From an uncultured virus (IMG/VR IMGVR_UViG_3300020182_000026) (lineage: Duplodnaviria; Heunggongvirae; Uroviricota; Caudoviricetes), in IMG/VR virus record IMGVR_UViG_3300020182_000026, positions 52,894 to 72,893 of that record: DNA of 20,000 nucleotides; one strand, written 5' to 3'. The translations under genes and the position numbers were made by a program. Under the pieces are notes generated by a model. It had not been told where the DNA came from. It made no database searches and saw nothing but the letters and a program-made list of their open reading frames with translations. The stretch's first letter is position 1. Each line of letters opens with the position of its first letter. Below are positions 16,872 through 20,000 of the stretch, piece after piece.

Positions 16872-18341
16872 ATGTCACGTAAATTTAAAATTGGTGGTTC
16901 AAGTAAATCACTTAAAGACCTTTGGAAAGAAAAAAAAGCCGCAGCCGCTACCCTATCAACAAGTGATGGTAAATGGAACAATGTTTCAAACCTAGCATCA
17001 ACGTCAGATGATGACTATAAAAACTTCAAGTTTAAAGTTAACACAAAAGGTGAGATGGAACCAATTCTTTCAGATGCAGATATTTCCGCAGATGACATCG
17101 TATTTGGCGCATCAAAATCAAACCTTCGCCGTATGGCAGACCTAGAACGTAACGTTTCAATTCTAGCAAACAAAATTTCAACAATCGATGGTGACGCAGA
17201 AGTTAACGATGCCTCATCAGACTTGTTTGATAACTGGATCACAAAAGATACAGCGTTCACAAAAGACGTAACGCTTGGTCGTTCAGATACAACATCATGG
17301 TATTCCGGTACAACGGCATCACGTGTTGATGTAGACGGTCACCTATACCTAAATAACGGTTTAACACTTGGTTCAACAGCACAAGAAGTTTTCCGTGATC
17401 TAATGGGCGGCATGGCATCAACAGGTCTAACGTTCTCAGATTCAGGTAACACAATCAAAGTAGACGAAACACGTATCTCAACACGTTCATATGTTGATTC
17501 ATCTATTGCGGCTCTAGCAGATTCAGCGCCGTCAACACTAAACACACTAAACGAACTAGCAGCAGCACTAGGTGATGATGCAAACTTTGCTACAACTGTT
17601 AACAACAACATTGCAGGAAAAGTAGCAAAAACATCTTCACAAGCACTACGTGCAACAGATGCGATTACAGTTTCAAATGATACAATCACAATCCACAAAG
17701 GTGACGGTACATCAGAATCAGTAACAACATCAGATGCTAACTCAAACACATACCTAACAGGTGCGTCATTCGACACAGGCAATGGTGTTCTAACACTATC
17801 ACGTAACAGTGGTTCAGTGACAGTTGACCTAGATGGTCGTTTCACAGACAACGGTTATGCAGATACAATGAATCAGCATGTTCGTACAAGTGATTCACCA
17901 ACATGGTATAACGTAACAGCATCAGGAATGTTCAACGGTACAGCAACATACGCTAAGTATGCTGACCTTGCAGAACGTTATGCAGCAGATGCTCCATACG
18001 CAGAAGGTACAGTTGTAGTATTCGGCGGTGAAGCAGAAGTAACAGCGTCATCAGCATTCGCACAGCGTTCAGTTGCAGGTGTAGTATCACTACGTCCAGC
18101 GGTTGCTATGAATGCCGAAGCAGGTAACAATGAAACACACCCATTCATTGCTCTACAAGGTCGTGTTCCAGTTAAAGTAACAGGTGACGTTAAGAAAGGC
18201 GACATCCTTGTTGCATCAGACGTTTCAGGTACAGCTACAGCTTGGACAAACGAAGACGCAGACCCACGTATGACAGCATACGTTGGTATCGCTATTGCAG
18301 ATGCAGTAGACGGTTTCGTAGAAGTAAAAGTAGGTAAGTAA
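16872..18341 (+). CDS. Virion fibre protein (489 aa) with C-terminal Peptidase_G2-like chaperone
   Basis: Strong SD AAGGAG; phage-fibre motif DSAPSTLNTLNELAAALGDDANFATTV; TVDLDGRF module; C-terminal YADLAERY...IALQGRVPVKVTG.VKKGDIL. Confidence 0.8.
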   Translation: MSRKFKIGGSSKSLKDLWKEKKAAAATLSTSDGKWNNVSNLASTSDDDYKNFKFKVNTKGEMEPILSDADISADDIVFGASKSNLRRMADLERNVSILANKISTIDGDAEVNDASSDLFDNWITKDTAFTKDVTLGRSDTTSWYSGTTASRVDVDGHLYLNNGLTLGSTAQEVFRDLMGGMASTGLTFSDSGNTIKVDETRISTRSYVDSSIAALADSAPSTLNTLNELAAALGDDANFATTVNNNIAGKVAKTSSQALRATDAITVSNDTITIHKGDGTSESVTTSDANSNTYLTGASFDTGNGVLTLSRNSGSVTVDLDGRFTDNGYADTMNQHVRTSDSPTWYNVTASGMFNGTATYAKYADLAERYAADAPYAEGTVVVFGGEAEVTASSAFAQRSVAGVVSLRPAVAMNAEAGNNETHPFIALQGRVPVKVTGDVKKGDILVASDVSGTATAWTNEDADPRMTAYVGIAIADAVDGFVEVKVGK

Positions 18342-18363
18342 TTCTTATCAGAAACACTCAGAG

Positions 18364-18391
18364 AAAGGGAGCGGCAACGCTCCCTTTTTTT
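18364..18391 (+). terminator. Rho-independent terminator ending the fibre cluster
   Basis: AAAGGGAGCG-GCAA-CGCTCCCTTT stem with GNRA loop, running into a T7 tract. Confidence 0.93.
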
Positions 18392-18394
18392 GTT

Positions 18395-18402
18395 TATAAA
18401 TA
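18395..18402 (+). promoter_or_regulatory. T4-type late promoter TATAAATA
   Basis: Perfect consensus immediately after the terminator and 5 nt before ATG 18408. Confidence 0.75.
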
Positions 18403-18407
18403 TGTTT

Positions 18408-18857
18408 ATGGAAATAAAATATTATAACAATCAAAAAACAGTACAACTAAAAACTGAATCGTTCTTAGATAACCTAGAACGATATGACATAGCCCACACA
18501 ACTAATCCATTAAATTTAAAGCATCGAATGGAATATGTTCCATGGGAAAAGTTAGTTATAACTGATAAGCAACGTGAAAGTTTTAATCCCGAACATGCAG
18601 TTGATATTATAGAATCATTTCATCCTGGAGTACACCATCCAGTATGTGTTGCACTTTTTAACGGAGAGTATATAATTTGGGACGGACATCATAGTGCAGT
18701 AGTTGCATTTAAGACTGGCATGCCTAAGGCACCATGTGTTATATTTGAATGTGATACGATTGAAGATTTTCAAACATTACTTGACGCAGACACTCATATA
18801 AAATTCGATGAACAGCAGTTAATGATTATGTTTAGTGAATTTCTAGCAGAGGATTAA
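18408..18857 (+). CDS. ParB/Sulfiredoxin-like N-terminal domain protein (149 aa)
   Basis: Pattern VPWEKL..QR.F..EH..DIIESF.P....PVCV..NGEYIIWDGHHS..A...G...PCVI fits the ParB/Srx fold (DGHHR box). The TTG 18390 and ATG 18402 starts fall in the terminator/promoter, so ATG 18408 is preferred. Confidence 0.65.
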   Translation: MEIKYYNNQKTVQLKTESFLDNLERYDIAHTTNPLNLKHRMEYVPWEKLVITDKQRESFNPEHAVDIIESFHPGVHHPVCVALFNGEYIIWDGHHSAVVAFKTGMPKAPCVIFECDTIEDFQTLLDADTHIKFDEQQLMIMFSEFLAED

Positions 18858-19555
18858 TCGTTACTAAAGAATTTACTTAACGTAGATGACAGCCAAGACT
18901 TGTGTTCGTCTGACTTGTTTTCGACTACCCATTCGGGAAACTTTTTGAATAGTTTCTTCCACTGTTCCATCTCATTGTGTAAATCAATCACACGCCTGCT
19001 ATACTCACTTGTGCCCGGTAGGCTATACTCATCTCGTATATTTCTAAGATGATCTTTACATTTGCGCAAGTCTTCTATGTCTCTGTCAACCGCAAGTAAT
19101 ATTTCTTCGAAACTTTCACTAGTGTTAAACTTTTCGATTAAGAACTTGTGATGATCTTTTTTTGCTTTACCATCATAAAGGAACATAATTTCTTGTAAGT
19201 CGTAGTATAATGCTTTTACTGGATTGATACTTTCTCTGTATCTTTCCATAACTTCTTTTATTTCAAATCTACTATCTATTGTGCTTAAATTTTCAAGAGC
19301 GGCCATAGCAACCATATTCATCTTTTGTCGGTTGTTTGTTATGTCACGCACGTATTTTTGTTTGATACGCTCTATAGCAGTATCAATTACTTTTTTCTCG
19401 TCTGATGTTAGTCCAGATTTAAGATATTCTAAGTGGCCAGGAGTTGTGTTATTGATACCAATACGAAGGCTATCCGCAATAACACCTGTCTTTAGGTATT
19501 CTTTGCAGTCACGGATGAACTTTTGCTTCTTGAAATCAATGATGCCTTTTGACAC
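18854..19555 (-). CDS. Hypothetical charged alpha-helical protein (233 aa)
   Basis: Long ORF, GTG start 6 nt after SD AAGGAGG, late promoter upstream, stop overlaps the convergent gene's stop (TTAA). No family recognised. Confidence 0.8.
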   Translation of the reverse strand: MSKGIIDFKKQKFIRDCKEYLKTGVIADSLRIGINNTTPGHLEYLKSGLTSDEKKVIDTAIERIKQKYVRDITNNRQKMNMVAMAALENLSTIDSRFEIKEVMERYRESINPVKALYYDLQEIMFLYDGKAKKDHHKFLIEKFNTSESFEEILLAVDRDIEDLRKCKDHLRNIRDEYSLPGTSEYSRRVIDLHNEMEQWKKLFKKFPEWVVENKSDEHKSWLSSTLSKFFSND

Positions 19556-19582
19556 ATGCTGCCTCCTTTATTCTCTCTATAG

Positions 19583-19590
19583 TATTTATA
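19583..19590 (-). promoter_or_regulatory. T4-type late promoter TATAAATA (minus strand), overlapping the Nudix stop codon
   Basis: The + strand reads TATTTATA at 19583-19590, about 28 nt upstream of the 233-aa gene start. Confidence 0.7.
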
Positions 19591-19999
19591 GGGATAATAT
19601 AATATTTTTAATCTGCTTTAATTTGTTCTTTTTGAATAGTGTGTCCCTGGTGCCTGGGTGCATGGGTTTTGGGAAATGTCCGCTATCAATCCATGCGTAT
19701 CCTCCACTTTCTGTATTTAATTTTGGGAGAAACTCTGCATCTACAATTATAACAAATGTATAGTAGCTAAACTTCTTATCTCTCGAATGGTACTGGTCTA
19801 GTGGGTATATTTTTTCTACCCTATTTTCGATATCTAAATCTATTTCTTCACGGAGTTCACGTAGCAATGCTTGCGAAACATTTTCATCTTGCTCTACTTT
19901 ACCGCCCCAAAATCCCCAATGTCTAGCATATGATCCAGATGCGGCACGTTGTTGTAATAGTATTCTTTTCGTGTCTTTTGCTACGATGCAACCACCTGA
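19586..19999 (-). CDS. Nudix hydrolase, 5'-truncated by the window edge
   Basis: The 93-aa ORF frame is open to the window end (SGGCIVAKDTKRILLQQR...WGFWGGKVEQDENVSQALLRELREEIDL), giving the Nudix box Gx5Ex7REUxEE; C-terminal LNTESGGYAWID..FPKPMHPG. Confidence 0.9.
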   Translation of the reverse strand, partial: SGGCIVAKDTKRILLQQRAASGSYARHWGFWGGKVEQDENVSQALLRELREEIDLDIENRVEKIYPLDQYHSRDKKFSYYTFVIIVDAEFLPKLNTESGGYAWIDSGHFPKPMHPGTRDTLFKKNKLKQIKNIILSL

Positions 20000-20000
20000 G

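Noticed and set aside
16740..16872. Readthrough or frameshift fusing the 1909-aa and 489-aa genes
   Set aside because: Frames differ, readthrough meets TGA within 8 codons, the downstream frame has TAA at 16857, and no slippery heptamer is evident.
18..18205. Many minus-strand and alternate-frame ORFs (poly-Ser, Leu/His, Cys/Val, Gln-rich)
   Set aside because: Shadow frames produced by GAA/GCA/GAT codon bias and repeats in the real + strand genes; no SDs or family motifs.
19224..19763. 179-aa + strand ORF
   Set aside because: Antisense to two well-supported minus-strand genes and spans their junction; no SD or motif.
1..20000. Alternative genetic code, introns or inteins
   Set aside because: All genes read through intact under the standard code with dense packing; no homing-endonuclease or intein motifs seen.

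Overview
This is a late (virion) gene region of a large tailed phage distantly related to T4; the short gp23-type capsid protein resembles that of Rak2/GAP32-like jumbo myoviruses (from memory, not searched). The + strand begins with the head module: a 5'-truncated acidic prohead-core-like gene, the gp21 prohead protease, a gp22-like scaffold and the gp23 major capsid protein, then a terminator. Five modular fibre/appendage genes follow (about 14.5 kb). Four of them (566, 646, 1128 and 489 aa) end in a Peptidase_G2-like autocleaving intramolecular chaperone. The fifth (1909 aa) has an Mtd_N-like N-terminus and a ~1400-aa coiled-coil stalk built from 11/15/18/26-residue repeats. The window ends with a ParB/Srx-like gene (+), an unknown helical protein (-) and a 5'-truncated Nudix hydrolase (-). 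Main observations: (1) an identical 14-nt sequence at the predicted autocleavage site of all four chaperone-bearing genes, where their pairwise similarity switches partners (possible module-shuffling crossover); (2) the giant fibre keeps near-constant 287/282/287-aa node spacing despite scrambled repeat content; (3) a candidate four-way-junction RNA between the last two fibre genes; (4) layered promoters and a candidate leaderless late gene.
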